Source of the DNA: Eledone cirrhosa
Lineage: Eukaryota
Length of the DNA stretch: 64,000 nt
Direction of reading: 5' to 3'
Assembly (NCBI GenBank): GCA_964016885.1
Contig: OZ024742.1
Location: forward strand, 368,094,001 to 368,158,000
Position numbers and translations under genes: made by a program. The notes under the pieces were generated by a model. The model was not told the DNA's origin. It searched no databases and was given only the letters and a program-made list of their open reading frames with translations. Positions 38,930 to 51,600 of the stretch are shown in pieces (the first letter of the stretch is position 1; every line of letters starts with the position of its first letter).

Positions 38930-41900
38930 CAGAGTGGTTTACTATGTTGTGTCAGTGAGAGAGTGGTTTACTATGTTGTGTCAGTGAGAGAGTGGTTTAC
39001 TATGTTGTGTCAGTGAGAGAGTGGTTTACTATGTTGTGTCAGTGAGTCGTTTACTATGTTGTGTCAGTGAGAGAGTGGTTTACTATGTTGTGTCTGTGAG
39101 AGAGTGGTTTACTATGTTGTGTCAGTGAGTGGTTTACTATGTTGTGTCAGTGAGAGAGTGGTTTACTATGTTGTGTCAGTGAGAGAGTGGTTTACTATGT
39201 TGTGTCAGTGAGTGGTTTACTATGTTGTGTCAGTGAGAGGGTGGTTTACTATGTTGTGTCAGTGAGAGAGTGGTTTACTATGTTGTGTCAGTGAGTGGTT
39301 TACTATGTTGTGTCAGTGAGAGGGTGGTTTACTATGTTGTGTCAGTGAGTGGTTTACTATGTTGTGTCAGTGAGTGGTTTACTATGTTGTGTCAGTGAGA
39401 GAGTGGTTTACTATGTTGTGTCTGTGAGAGGGTGGTTTACTATGTTGTGTCAGTGAGTGGTTTACTATGTTGTGTCAGTGAGTGGTTTACTATATTGTGT
39501 CAGTGAGAGAGTGGTTTACTATGTTGTGTCAGTGAGTGGTTTACTATGTTGTGTCAGTGAGTGGTTTACTATGTTGTGTCAGTGAGAGAGTGGTTTACTA
39601 TGTTGTGTCAGTGAGAGAGTGGTTTACTATGTTGTGTCAGTGAGAGAGTGGTTTACTATGTTGTGTCAGTGAGTGGTTTACTATGTTGTGTCTGTGAGAG
39701 ACTGGTTTACTATGTTGTGTCAGTGAGTGGTTTACTATGTTGTGTCAGTGAGAGAGTGGTTTACTATGTTGTGTCAGTGAGTGGTTTACTATGTTGTGTC
39801 TGTGAGAGAGTGGTTTACTATGTTGTGTCTGTGAGTGGTTTACTATCTTGTGTCAGTGAGAGAGTGGTTTACTATGTTGTGTCAGTGAGTGGTTTACTAT
39901 GTTGTGTCAGTGAGAGAGTGGTTTACTATGTTGTGTCAGTGAGAGAGTGGTTTACTATGTTGTGTCAGTGAGTGGTTTACTATGTTGTGTCAGTGAGAGA
40001 GTGGTTTACTATGTTGTGTCAGTGAGAGAGTGGTTTACTATGTTGTGTCAGTGAGAGAGTGGTTTACTATGTTGTGTCAGTGAGTGGTTTACTATGTTGT
40101 GTCAGTGAGTGGTTTACTATGTTGTGTCAGTGAGTGGTTTACTATGTTGTGTCAGTGAGAGAGTGGTTTATTATGTTGTGTCAGTGAGTGGTTTACTATG
40201 TTGTGTCAGTGAGAGGGTCGTTTACTATGTTGTGTCAGTGAGAGAGTGGTTTACTATGTTGTGTCAGTGAGAGAGTGGTTTACTATGTTGTGTCAGTGAG
40301 AGAGTGGTTTACTATGTTGTGTCAGTGAGTGGTTTACTATGTTGTGTCAGTGAGAGGGTGGTTTATTATGTTGTGTCAGTGAGTGGTTTACTATGTTGTG
40401 TCAGTGAGTGGTTTACTATGTTGTGTCAGTGAGAGAGTGGTTTACTATGTTGTGTCTGTCAGAGGGTGGTTTACTATGTTGTGTCAGTGAGTGGTTTACT
40501 ATGTTGTGTCAGTGAGTGGTTTACTATGTCGTGTCAGTGAGAGAGTGGTTTACTATGTTGTGTCAGTGAGTGGTTTACTATGTTGTGTCAGTGAGTGGTT
40601 TACTATGTTGTGTAAGTGAGTGGTTTACTATGTTGTGTCTGTGAGTGGTTTACTATGTTGTGTCAGTGAGTGGTTTACTATGTTGTGTCTGTGAGAGAGT
40701 GGTTTACTATGTTGTGTCAATGAGAGTGGTTTACTATGTTGTGTCAGTGAGTGGTTTACTATGTTGTGTCAGTGAGAGAGTGGTTTACTATGTTGTGTCA
40801 GTGAGAGAGTGGTTTACTATGTTGTGTCAGTGAGTGGTTTTCTATGTTGTGTCAGTGAGTGGTTTACTATGTTGTGTCAGTGTGTGTTTTACTATGTTGT
40901 GTCAGTGAGAGAGTGGTTTACTATGTTGTGTCAGTGAGTGGTTTACTATGTTGTGTCTGTGAGAGACTGGTTTACTATGTTGTGTCAGTGAGTGGTTTAC
41001 TATGTTGTGTCAGTGAGAGAGTGGTTTACTATGTTGTGTCAGTGAGAGAGTGGTTTACTATGTTGTGTCAGTGAGTGGTTTACTATGTTTTGTCAGTGAG
41101 TGGTTTACTATGTTGTGTCAGTGAGTGGTTTACTATGTTGTGTCAGTGAGTGGTTTACTATGTTGTGTCAGTGAGAGTGAGAGAGTGGTTTACTATGTTG
41201 TGTCAGTGAGTTGTTTACTATGTTGTGTCAGTGAGAGAGTGGTTTACTATGTTGTGTCAGTGAGAGAGTGGTTTACTATGTTGTGTCAGTGAGTGGTTTA
41301 CTATGTTGTGTCAGTGAGTGGTTTACTATGTTGTGTCAGTGAGTGGTTTACTATGTTGTGTCAGTGAGAGAGTGGTTTACTATGTTGTGTCAGTGAGAGA
41401 GTGGTTTACTATGTTGTGTCAGTGAGTGGTTTACTATGTTGTGTCAGTGAGAGAGTGGTTTACTATGTTGTGTCAGTGAGAGAGTGGTTTACTATGTTGT
41501 GTCAGTGAGAGAGTGGTTTACTATGTTGTGTCAGTGAGTGGTTTACTATGTTGTGTCAGTGAGTGGTTTACTATGTTGTGTCAGTGAGTGGTTTACTATG
41601 TTGTGTCAGTGAGAGAGTGGTTTACTATGTTGTGTCAGTGAGTGGTTTACTATGTTGGTGAGAGAGTGGTTTACTATGTTGTGTCAGTGAGAGAGTGGTT
41701 TACTATGTTGTGTCAGTGAGTGGTTTACTATGTTGTGTCTGTGAGAGGGTGGTTTACTATGTTGTGTCAGTGAGTGGTTTACTATGTTGTGTCAGTGAGT
41801 GGTTTACTATGTTGTGTCAGTGAGTGGTTTACTATGTTGTGTCAGTGAGAGAGTGGTTTACTATGTTGTGTCAGTGAGAGAGTGGTTTACTATGTTGTGT

Positions 41901-44900
41901 CTGTGAGAGAGTGGTTTACTATGTTGTGTCAGTGAGAGGTGGTTTACTATGTTGTGTCAGTGAGAGAGTGGTTTACTATGTTGTGTCAGTGAGTGGTTTA
42001 CTATGTTGTGTCAGTGAGAGAGTGGTTTACTATGTTGTGTCAGTGAGAGAGTGGTTTACTATGTTGTGTCTGTGAGAGAGTGGTTTACTATGTTGTGTCA
42101 GTGAGTGGTTTACTATGTTGTGTCAGTGAGTGGTTTACTATGTTGTGTCAGTGAGTGGTTTACTATGTTGTGTCTAGTGAGTGGTTTACTATGTTGTGTC
42201 AGTGAGAGAGTGGTTTACTATGTTGTGTCAGTGAGTGGTTTACTATGTTGTGTCAGTGAGAGAGTGGTTTACTATGTTGTGTCAGTGAGTGGTTTACTAT
42301 GTTGTGTCAGTGAGTGGTTTACTATGTTGTGTCAGTGAGTGGTTTACTATGTTGTGTCAGTGAGTGGTTTACTATGTTGTGTCAGTGAGTGGTTTACTAT
42401 GTTGTGTCAGTGAGTGGTTTACTATGTTGTGTCAGTGAGAGTGGTTTACTATGTTGTGTCAGTGAGAGAGTGGTTTACTATGTTGTGTCAGTGAGTGGTT
42501 TACTATGTTGTGTCAGTGAGAGAGTGGTTTACTATGTTGTGTCAGTGAGAGAGTGGTTTACTATGTTGTGTCAGTGAGTGGTTTACTATGTTGTGTCAGT
42601 GAGTGGTTTACTATGTTGTGTCAGTGAGTGGTTTACTATGTTGTGTCAGTGAGAGAGTGGTTTACTATGTTGTGTCAGTGAGAGAGTGGTTTACTATGTT
42701 GTGTCAGTGAGTGGTTTACTATGTTGTGTCAGTGAGAGAGTGGTTTACTATGTTGTGTCAGTGAGAGAGTGGTTTACTATGTTGTGTCAGTGAGGAGTGG
42801 TTTACTATGTTGTGTCAGTGAGTGGTTTACTATGTTGTGTCAGTGAGTGGTTTACTATGTTGTGTCAGTGAGTGGTTTACTATGTTGTGTCAGTGAGAGA
42901 GTGGTTTACTATGTTGTGTCAGTGAGTGGTTTACTATGTTGTGTCAGTGAGAGAGTGGTTTACTATGTTGTGTCAGTGAGAGAGTGGTTTACTATGTTGT
43001 GTCAGTGAGTGGTTTACTATGTTGTGTCTGTGAGTGGTTTACTATGTTGTGTCAGTGAGTGGTTTACTATGTTGTGTCAGTGAGAGAGTGGTGTACTATG
43101 TTGTGTCAGTGAGAGAGTGGTTTACTATGTTGTGTCTGTGAGAGAGTGGTTTACTATGTTGTGTCAGTGAGAGAGTGGTTTACTATGTTGTGTCAGTGAG
43201 AGAGTGGTTTACTATGTTGTGTCAGTGAGTGGTTTACTATGTTGTGTCAGTGAGAGAGTGGTTTACTATGTTGTGTCAGTGAGAGAGTGGTTTACTATGT
43301 TGTGTCTGTGAGAGAGTGGTTTACTATGTTGTGTCAGTGAGTGGTTTACTATGTTGTGTCAGTGAGAGAGTGGTTTACTATGTTGTGTCAGTGAGAGAGT
43401 GGTTTACTATGTTGTGTCTGTGAGAGGGTGGTTTACTATGTTCTGTCAGTGAGTGGTTTACTATGTTGTGTCAGTGAGTGGTTTACTATGTTGTGTCAGT
43501 GAGTGGTTTACTATGTTGTGTTAGTGAGAGAGTGGTTTACTATGTTGTGTCAGTGAGTGGTTTACTATGTTGTGTCAGTGAGTGGTTTACTATGTTGTGT
43601 CAGTGAGAGAGTGGTTTACTATGTTGTGTCAGTGAGTGGTTTACTATGTTGTGTCTGTGAGAGACTGGTTTACTATGTTGTGTCAGTGAGTGGTTTACTA
43701 TGTTGTGTCAGTGAGAGAGTGGTTTACTATGTTGTGTCAGTGAGTGGTTTACTATGTTGTGTCTGTGAGAGAGTGGTTTACTATGTTGTGTCTGTGAGTG
43801 GTTTACTATGTTGTGTCAGTGAGAGAGTGGTTTACTATGTTGTGTCAGTGAGTGGCAGTGAGTGGTTTACTATGTTGTGTCAGTGAGAGAGTGGTTTACT
43901 ATGTTGTGTCAGTGAGTGGTTTACTATGTTGTGTCTGTGAAAGAGTGGTTTACTATGTTGTGTCTGTGAGTGGTTTACTATGTTGTGTCAGTGAGAGAGT
44001 GGTTTACTATGTTGTGTCAGTGAGTGGTTTACTATGTTGTGTCAGTGTGAGAGTGGTTTACTATGTTGTGTCAGTGAGTGGTTTACTATGTTGTGTCAGT
44101 GAGAGAGTGGTTTACTATGTTGTGTCTGTGAGAGAGTGGTTTACTATGTTGTGTCTGTGAGAGAGTGGTTTACTATGTTGTGTCTGTGAGTGGTTTACTA
44201 TGTTCTGTCAGTGAGAGAGTGGTTTACTATGTTCTGTCAGTGAGAGAGTGGTTTACTATGTTCTGTCAGTGAGAGAGTGGTTTACTATGTTGTGTCAGTG
44301 AGAGAGTGGTTTACTATGTTGTGTCTGTGAGTGGTTTACTATGTTGTGTCAGTGAGAGAGTGGTTTACTATGTTGTGTCTGTGAGTGGTTTACTATGTTC
44401 TGTCAGTGAGTGGTTTAATATGTTGTGTCTGTGAGAGAGTGGTTTACTATGTTGTGTCTGTGAGTGGTTTACTATGTTGTGTCAGTGAGTGGTTTAATAT
44501 GTTGTGTCAGTGAGAGAGTGGTTTACTATGTTGTGTTAGTGAGAGGGTGGTTTACTATGTTGTGTCAATGAGGGGTTAACTATGTTGTGTCAGTGAGAGA
44601 GTGGTTTATTATGTTGTGACAGTGAGTGGTTTACTATGTTGTGTCAGTGAGAGAGTGGTTTACTATGTTGTGTCAGTGAGTGGTTTACTATGTTGTGTCT
44701 GTGAGAGAGTGGTTTACTATGTTGTGTCTGTGAGAGAGTGGTTTACTATGTTGTGTCAGTGAGTGGTTTACTATGTTGTGTCAGTGAGAGAGTGGTTTAC
44801 TATGTTGTGTCAGTGAGTGGTTTACTATGTTGTGTCTGTGAGAGAGTGGTTTACTATGTTGTGTCTGTGAGAGAGTGGTTTACTATGTTGTGTCAGTGAG

Positions 44901-47900
44901 TGGTTTACTATGTTGTGTCAGTGAGAGAGTGGTTTACTATGTTGTGTCAATGAGTGGTTTACTATGTTGTGTCTGTGAGAGAGTGGTTTACTATGTTGTG
45001 TCTGTGAGAGAGTGGTTTACTATGTTGTGTCAGTGAGTGGTTTACTATGTTGTGTCAGTGAGAGAGTGGTTTACTATGTTGTGTCAGTGAGAGAGTGGTT
45101 AACTATGTTGTGTCAGTGAGTGGTTTACTATGTTGTGTCAGTGACAGAGTGGTTTACTATGTTGTGTCAGTGAGTGGTTTACTATGTTGTGTCAGTGAGT
45201 GGTTTACTATGTTGTGTCAGTGAGTGGTTTACTATGTTGTGTCAGTGACAGAGTGGTTTACTATGTTGTGTCAGTGAGTGGTTTACTATGTTGTGTCAGT
45301 GAGTGGTTTACTATGTTGTGTCAGTGAGAGAGTGGTTTACTATGTTGTGTCAGTGAGAGAGTGGTTTACTATGTTGTGTCAGTGAGTGGTTTACTATGTT
45401 GTGTCAGTGAGTGGTTTACTATGTTGTGTCAGTGAGTGGTTTACTATGTTGTGTCAGTGACAGAGTGGTTTACTATGTTGTGTCAGTGAGAGAGTGGTTT
45501 ACTATGTTGTGTCAGTGAGAGAGTGGTTTACTATGTTGTGTCAGTGAGAGAGTGGTTTACTATGTTGTGTCAGTGAGTCGTTTACTATGTTGTGTCAGTG
45601 AGAGAGTGGTTTACTATGTTGTGTCTGTGAGAGAGTGGTTTACTATGTTGTGTCAGTGAGTGGTTTACTATGTTGTGTCAGTGAGAGAGTGGTTTACTAT
45701 GTTGTGTCAGTGAGAGAGTGGTTTACTATGTTGTGTCAGTGAGTGGTTTACTATGTTGTGTCAGTGAGAGGGTGGTTTACTATGTTGTGTCAGTGAGAGA
45801 GTGGTTTACTATGTTGTGTCAGTGAGTGGTTTACTATGTTGTGTCAGTGAGAGGGTGGTTTACTATGTTGTGTCAGTGAGTGGTTTACTATGTTGTGTCA
45901 GTGAGTGGTTTACTATGTTGTGTCAGTGAGAGAGTGGTTTACTATGTTGTGTCTGTGAGAGGGTGGTTTACTATGTTGTGTCAGTGAGTGGTTTACTATG
46001 TTGTGTCAGTGAGTGGTTTACTATATTGTGTCAGTGAGAGAGTGGTTTACTATGTTGTGTCAGTGAGTGGTTTACTATGTTGTGTCAGTGAGTGGTTTAC
46101 TATGTTGTGTCAGTGAGAGAGTGGTTTACTATGTTGTGTCAGTGAGAGAGTGGTTTACTATGTTGTGTCAGTGAGAGAGTGGTTTACTATGTTGTGTCAG
46201 TGAGTGGTTTACTATGTTGTGTCTGTGAGAGACTGGTTTACTATGTTGTGTCAGTGAGTGGTTTACTATGTTGTGTCAGTGAGAGAGTGGTTTACTATGT
46301 TGTGTCAGTGAGTGGTTTACTATGTTGTGTCTGTGAGAGAGTGGTTTACTATGTTGTGTCTGTGAGTGGTTTACTATCTTGTGTCAGTGAGAGAGTGGTT
46401 TACTATGTTGTGTCAGTGAGTGGTTTACTATGTTGTGTCAGTGAGAGAGTGGTTTACTATGTTGTGTCAGTGAGAGAGTGGTTTACTATGTTGTGTCAGT
46501 GAGTGGTTTACTATGTTGTGTCAGTGAGAGAGTGGTTTACTATGTTGTGTCAGTGAGAGAGTGGTTTACTATGTTGTGTCAGTGAGAGAGTGGTTTACTA
46601 TGTTGTGTCAGTGAGTGGTTTACTATGTTGTGTCAGTGAGTGGTTTACTATGTTGTGTCAGTGAGTGGTTTACTATGTTGTGTCAGTGAGAGAGTGGTTT
46701 ATTATGTTGTGTCAGTGAGTGGTTTACTATGTTGTGTCAGTGAGAGGGTCGTTTACTATGTTGTGTCAGTGAGAGAGTGGTTTACTATGTTGTGTCAGTG
46801 AGAGAGTGGTTTACTATGTTGTGTCAGTGAGAGAGTGGTTTACTATGTTGTGTCAGTGAGTGGTTTACTATGTTGTGTCAGTGAGAGGGTGGTTTATTAT
46901 GTTGTGTCAGTGAGTGGTTTACTATGTTGTGTCAGTGAGTGGTTTACTATGTTGTGTCAGTGAGAGAGTGGTTTACTATGTTGTGTCTGTGAGAGGGTGG
47001 TTTACTATGTTGTGTCAGTGAGTGGTTTACTATGTTGTGTCAGTGAGTGGTTTACTATGTCGTGTCAGTGAGAGAGTGGTTTACTATGTTGTGTCAGTGA
47101 GTGGTTTACTATGTTGTGTCAGTGAGTGGTTTACTATGTTGTGTCAGTGAGTGGTTTACTATGTTGTGTCAGTGAGAGAGTGGTTTACTATGTTGTGTCA
47201 GTGAGAGAGTGGTTTACTATGTTGTGTCAGTGAGTGGTTTACTATGTTTTGTCAGTGAGTGGTTTACTATGTTGTGTCAGTGAGTGGTTTACTATGTTGT
47301 GTCAGTGAGTGGTTTACTATGTTGTGTCAGTGAGAGAGTGGTTTACTATGTTGTGTCAGTGAGTTGTTTACTATGTTGTGTCAGTGAGAGAGTGGTTTAC
47401 TATGTTGTGTCAGTGAGAGAGTGGTTTACTATGTTGTGTCAGTGAGTGGTTTACTATGTTGTGTCAGTGAGTGGTTTACTATGTTGTGTCAGTGAGTGGT
47501 TTACTATGTTGTGTCAGTGAGAGAGTGGTTTACTATGTTGTGTCAGTGAGAGAGTGGTTTACTATGTTGTGTCAGTGAGTGGTTTACTATGTTGTGTCAG
47601 TGAGAGAGTGGTTTACTATGTTGTGTCAGTGAGAGAGTGGTTTACTATGTTGTGTCAGTGAGAGAGTGGTTTACTATGTTGTGTCAGTGAGTGGTTTACT
47701 ATGTTGTGTCAGTGAGTGGTTTACTATGTTGTGTCAGTGAGTGGTTTACTATGTTGTGTCAGTGAGAGAGTGGTTTATTATGTTGTGTCAGTGAGTGGTT
47801 TACTATGTTGTGTCAGTGAGAGAGTGGTTTACTATGTTGTGTCAGTGAGAGAGTGGTTTACTATGTTGTGTCAGTGAGTGGTTTACTATGTTGTGTCTGT

Positions 47901-50900
47901 GAGAGGGTGGTTTACTATGTTGTGTCAGTGAGTGGTTTACTATGTTGTGTCAGTGAGTGGTTTACTATGTTGTGTCAGTGAGTGGTTTACTATGTTGTGT
48001 CAGTGAGAGAGTGGTTTACTATGTTGTGTCAGTGAGAGAGTGGTTTACTATGTTGTGTCTGTGAGAGAGTGGTTTACTATGTTGTGTCAGTGAGAGAGTG
48101 GTTTACTATGTTGTGTCAGTGAGAGAGTGGTTTACTATGTTGTGTCAGTGAGTGGTTTACTATGTTGTGTCAGTGAGAGAGTGGTTTACTATGTTGTGTC
48201 AGTGAGAGAGTGGTTTACTATGTTGTGTCTGTGAGAGAGTGGTTTACTATGTTGTGTCAGTGAGTGGTTTACTATGTTGTGTCAGTGAGTGGTTTACTAT
48301 GTTGTGTCAGTGAGTGGTTTACTATGTTGTGTTAGTGAGTGGTTTACTATGTTGTGTCAGTGAGAGAGTGGTTTACTATGTTGTGTCAGTGAGTGGTTTA
48401 CTATGTCGTGTCAGTGAGAGAGTGGTTTACTATGTTGTGTCAGTGAGTGGTTTACTATGTTGTGTCAGTGAGTGGTTTACTATGTTGTGTCAGTGAGTGG
48501 TTTACTATGTTGTGTCAGTGAGTGGTTTACTATGTTTTGTCAGTGAGTGGTTTACTATGTTGTGTCAGTGAGTGGTTTACTATGTTGTGTCAGTGAGTGG
48601 TTTACTATGTTGTGTCAGTGAGAGAGTGGTTTACTATGTTGTGTCAGTGAGTGGTTTACTATGTTGTGTCAGTGAGAGAGTGGTTTACTATGTTGTGTCA
48701 GTGAGAGAGTGGTTTACTATGTTGTGTCAGTGAGTGGTTTACTATGTTGTGTCAGTGAGTGGTTTACTATGTTGTGTCAGTGAGTGGTTTACTATGTTGT
48801 GTCAGTGAGAGAGTGGTTTACTATGTTGTGTCAGTGAGAGAGTGGTTTACTATGTTGTGTCAGTGAGTGGTTTACTATGTTGTGTCAGTGAGAGAGTGGT
48901 TTACTATGTTGTGTCAGTGAGAGAGTGGTTTACTATGTTGTGTCAGTGAGAGAGTGGTTTACTATGTTGTGTCAGTGAGTGGTTTACTATGTTGTGTCAG
49001 TGAGTGGTTTACTATGTTGTGTCAGTGAGTGGTTTACTATGTTGTGTCAGTGAGAGAGTGGTTTACTATGTTGTGTCAGTGAGTGGTTTACTATGTTGTG
49101 TCAGTGAGAGAGTGGTTTACTATGTTGTGTCAGTGAGAGAGTGGTTTACTATGTTGTGTCAGTGAGTGGTTTACTATGTTGTGTCTGTGAGTGGTTTACT
49201 ATGTTGTGTCAGTGAGTGGTTTACTATGTTGTGTCAGTGAGAGAGTGGTGTACTATGTTGTGTCAGTGAGAGAGTGGTTTACTATGTTGTGTCTGTGAGA
49301 GAGTGGTTTACTATGTTGTGTCAGTGAGAGAGTGGTTTACTATGTTGTGTCAGTGAGAGAGTGGTTTACTATGTTGTGTCAGTGAGTGGTTTACTATGTT
49401 GTGTCAGTGAGAGAGTGGTTTACTATGTTGTGTCAGTGAGAGAGTGGTTTACTATGTTGTGTCTGTGAGAGAGTGGTTTACTATGTTGTGTCAGTGAGTG
49501 GTTTACTATGTTGTGTCAGTGAGAGAGTGGTTTACTATGTTGTGTCAGTGAGAGAGTGGTTTACTATGTTGTGTCTGTGAGAGGGTGGTTTACTATGTTC
49601 TGTCAGTGAGTGGTTTACTATGTTGTGTCAGTGAGTGGTTTACTATGTTGTGTCAGTGAGTGGTTTACTATGTTGTGTTAGTGAGAGAGTGGTTTACTAT
49701 GTTGTGTCAGTGAGTGGTTTACTATGTTGTGTCAGTGAGTGGTTTACTATGTTGTGTCAGTGAGAGAGTGGTTTACTATGTTGTGTCAGTGAGTGGTTTA
49801 CTATGTTGTGTCTGTGAGAGACTGGTTTACTATGTTGTGTCAGTGAGTGGTTTACTATGTTGTGTCAGTGAGAGAGTGGTTTACTATGTTGTGTCAGTGA
49901 GTGGTTTACTATGTTGTGTCTGTGAGAGAGTGGTTTACTATGTTGTGTCTGTGAGTGGTTTACTATGTTGTGTCAGTGAGAGAGTGGTTTACTATGTTGT
50001 GTCAGTGAGTGGCAGTGAGTGGTTTACTATGTTGTGTCAGTGAGAGAGTGGTTTACTATGTTGTGTCAGTGAGTGGTTTACTATGTTGTGTCTGTGAAAG
50101 AGTGGTTTACTATGTTGTGTCTGTGAGTGGTTTACTATGTTGTGTCAGTGAGAGAGTGGTTTACTATGTTGTGTCAGTGAGTGGTTTACTATGTTGTGTC
50201 AGTGTGAGAGTGGTTTACTATGTTGTGTCAGTGAGTGGTTTACTATGTTGTGTCAGTGAGAGAGTGGTTTACTATGTTGTGTCTGTGAGAGAGTGGTTTA
50301 CTATGTTGTGTCTGTGAGAGAGTGGTTTACTATGTTGTGTCTGTGAGTGGTTTACTATGTTCTGTCAGTGAGAGAGTGGTTTACTATGTTCTGTCAGTGA
50401 GAGAGTGGTTTACTATGTTCTGTCAGTGAGAGAGTGGTTTACTATGTTGTGTCAGTGAGAGAGTGGTTTACTATGTTGTGTCTGTGAGTGGTTTACTATG
50501 TTGTGTCAGTGAGAGAGTGGTTTACTATGTTGTGTCTGTGAGTGGTTTACTATGTTCTGTCAGTGAGTGGTTTAATATGTTGTGTCTGTGAGAGAGTGGT
50601 TTACTATGTTGTGTCTGTGAGTGGTTTACTATGTTGTGTCAGTGAGTGGTTTAATATGTTGTGTCAGTGAGAGAGTGGTTTACTATGTTGTGTTAGTGAG
50701 AGGGTGGTTTACTATGTTGTGTCAATGAGGGGTTAACTATGTTGTGTCAGTGAGAGAGTGGTTTATTATGTTGTGACAGTGAGTGGTTTACTATGTTGTG
50801 TCAGTGAGAGAGTGGTTTACTATGTTGTGTCAGTGAGTGGTTTACTATGTTGTGTCTGTGAGAGAGTGGTTTACTATGTTGTGTCTGTGAGAGAGTGGTT

Positions 50901-51600
50901 TACTATGTTGTGTCAGTGAGTGGTTTACTATGTTGTGTCAGTGAGAGAGTGGTTTACTATGTTGTGTCAGTGAGTGGTTTACTATGTTGTGTCTGTGAGA
51001 GAGTGGTTTACTATGTTGTGTCTGTGAGAGAGTGGTTTACTATGTTGTGTCAGTGAGTGGTTTACTATGTTGTGTCAGTGAGAGAGTGGTTTACTATGTT
51101 GTGTCAATGAGTGGTTTACTATGTTGTGTCTGTGAGAGAGTGGTTTACTATGTTGTGTCTGTGAGAGAGTGGTTTACTATGTTGTGTCAGTGAGTGGTTT
51201 ACTATGTTGTGTCAGTGAGAGAGTGGTTTACTATGTTGTGTCAGTGAGAGAGTGGTTAACTATGTTGTGTCAGTGAGTGGTTTACTATGTTGTGTCAGTG
51301 ACAGAGTGGTTTACTATGTTGTGTCAGTGAGTGGTTTACTATGTTGTGTCAGTGAGTGGTTTACTATGTTGTGTCAGTGAGTGGTTTACTATGTTGTGTC
51401 AGTGACAGAGTGGTTTACTATGTTGTGTCAGTGAGTGGTTTACTATGTTGTGTCAGTGAGTGGTTTACTATGTTGTGTCAGTGAGAGAGTGGTTTACTAT
51501 GTTGTGTCAGTGAGAGAGTGGTTTACTATGTTGTGTCAGTGAGTGGTTTACTATGTTGTGTCAGTGAGTGGTTTACTATGTTGTGTCAGTGAGTGGTTTA
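38930..51600 (+). repeat. Tandem duplication of a 6.2-6.5 kb unit (offset 6531, then about 6157)
   Basis: GAGGGTCG 40219/46750 (6531), GAGTTGT 41212/47365 (6153), GGTGTAC 43093/49250 (6157). ORFs 39648/46179 and 43852/50009 agree. The first copy carries about 372 extra bp near 40610-40990. Confidence 0.88.
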
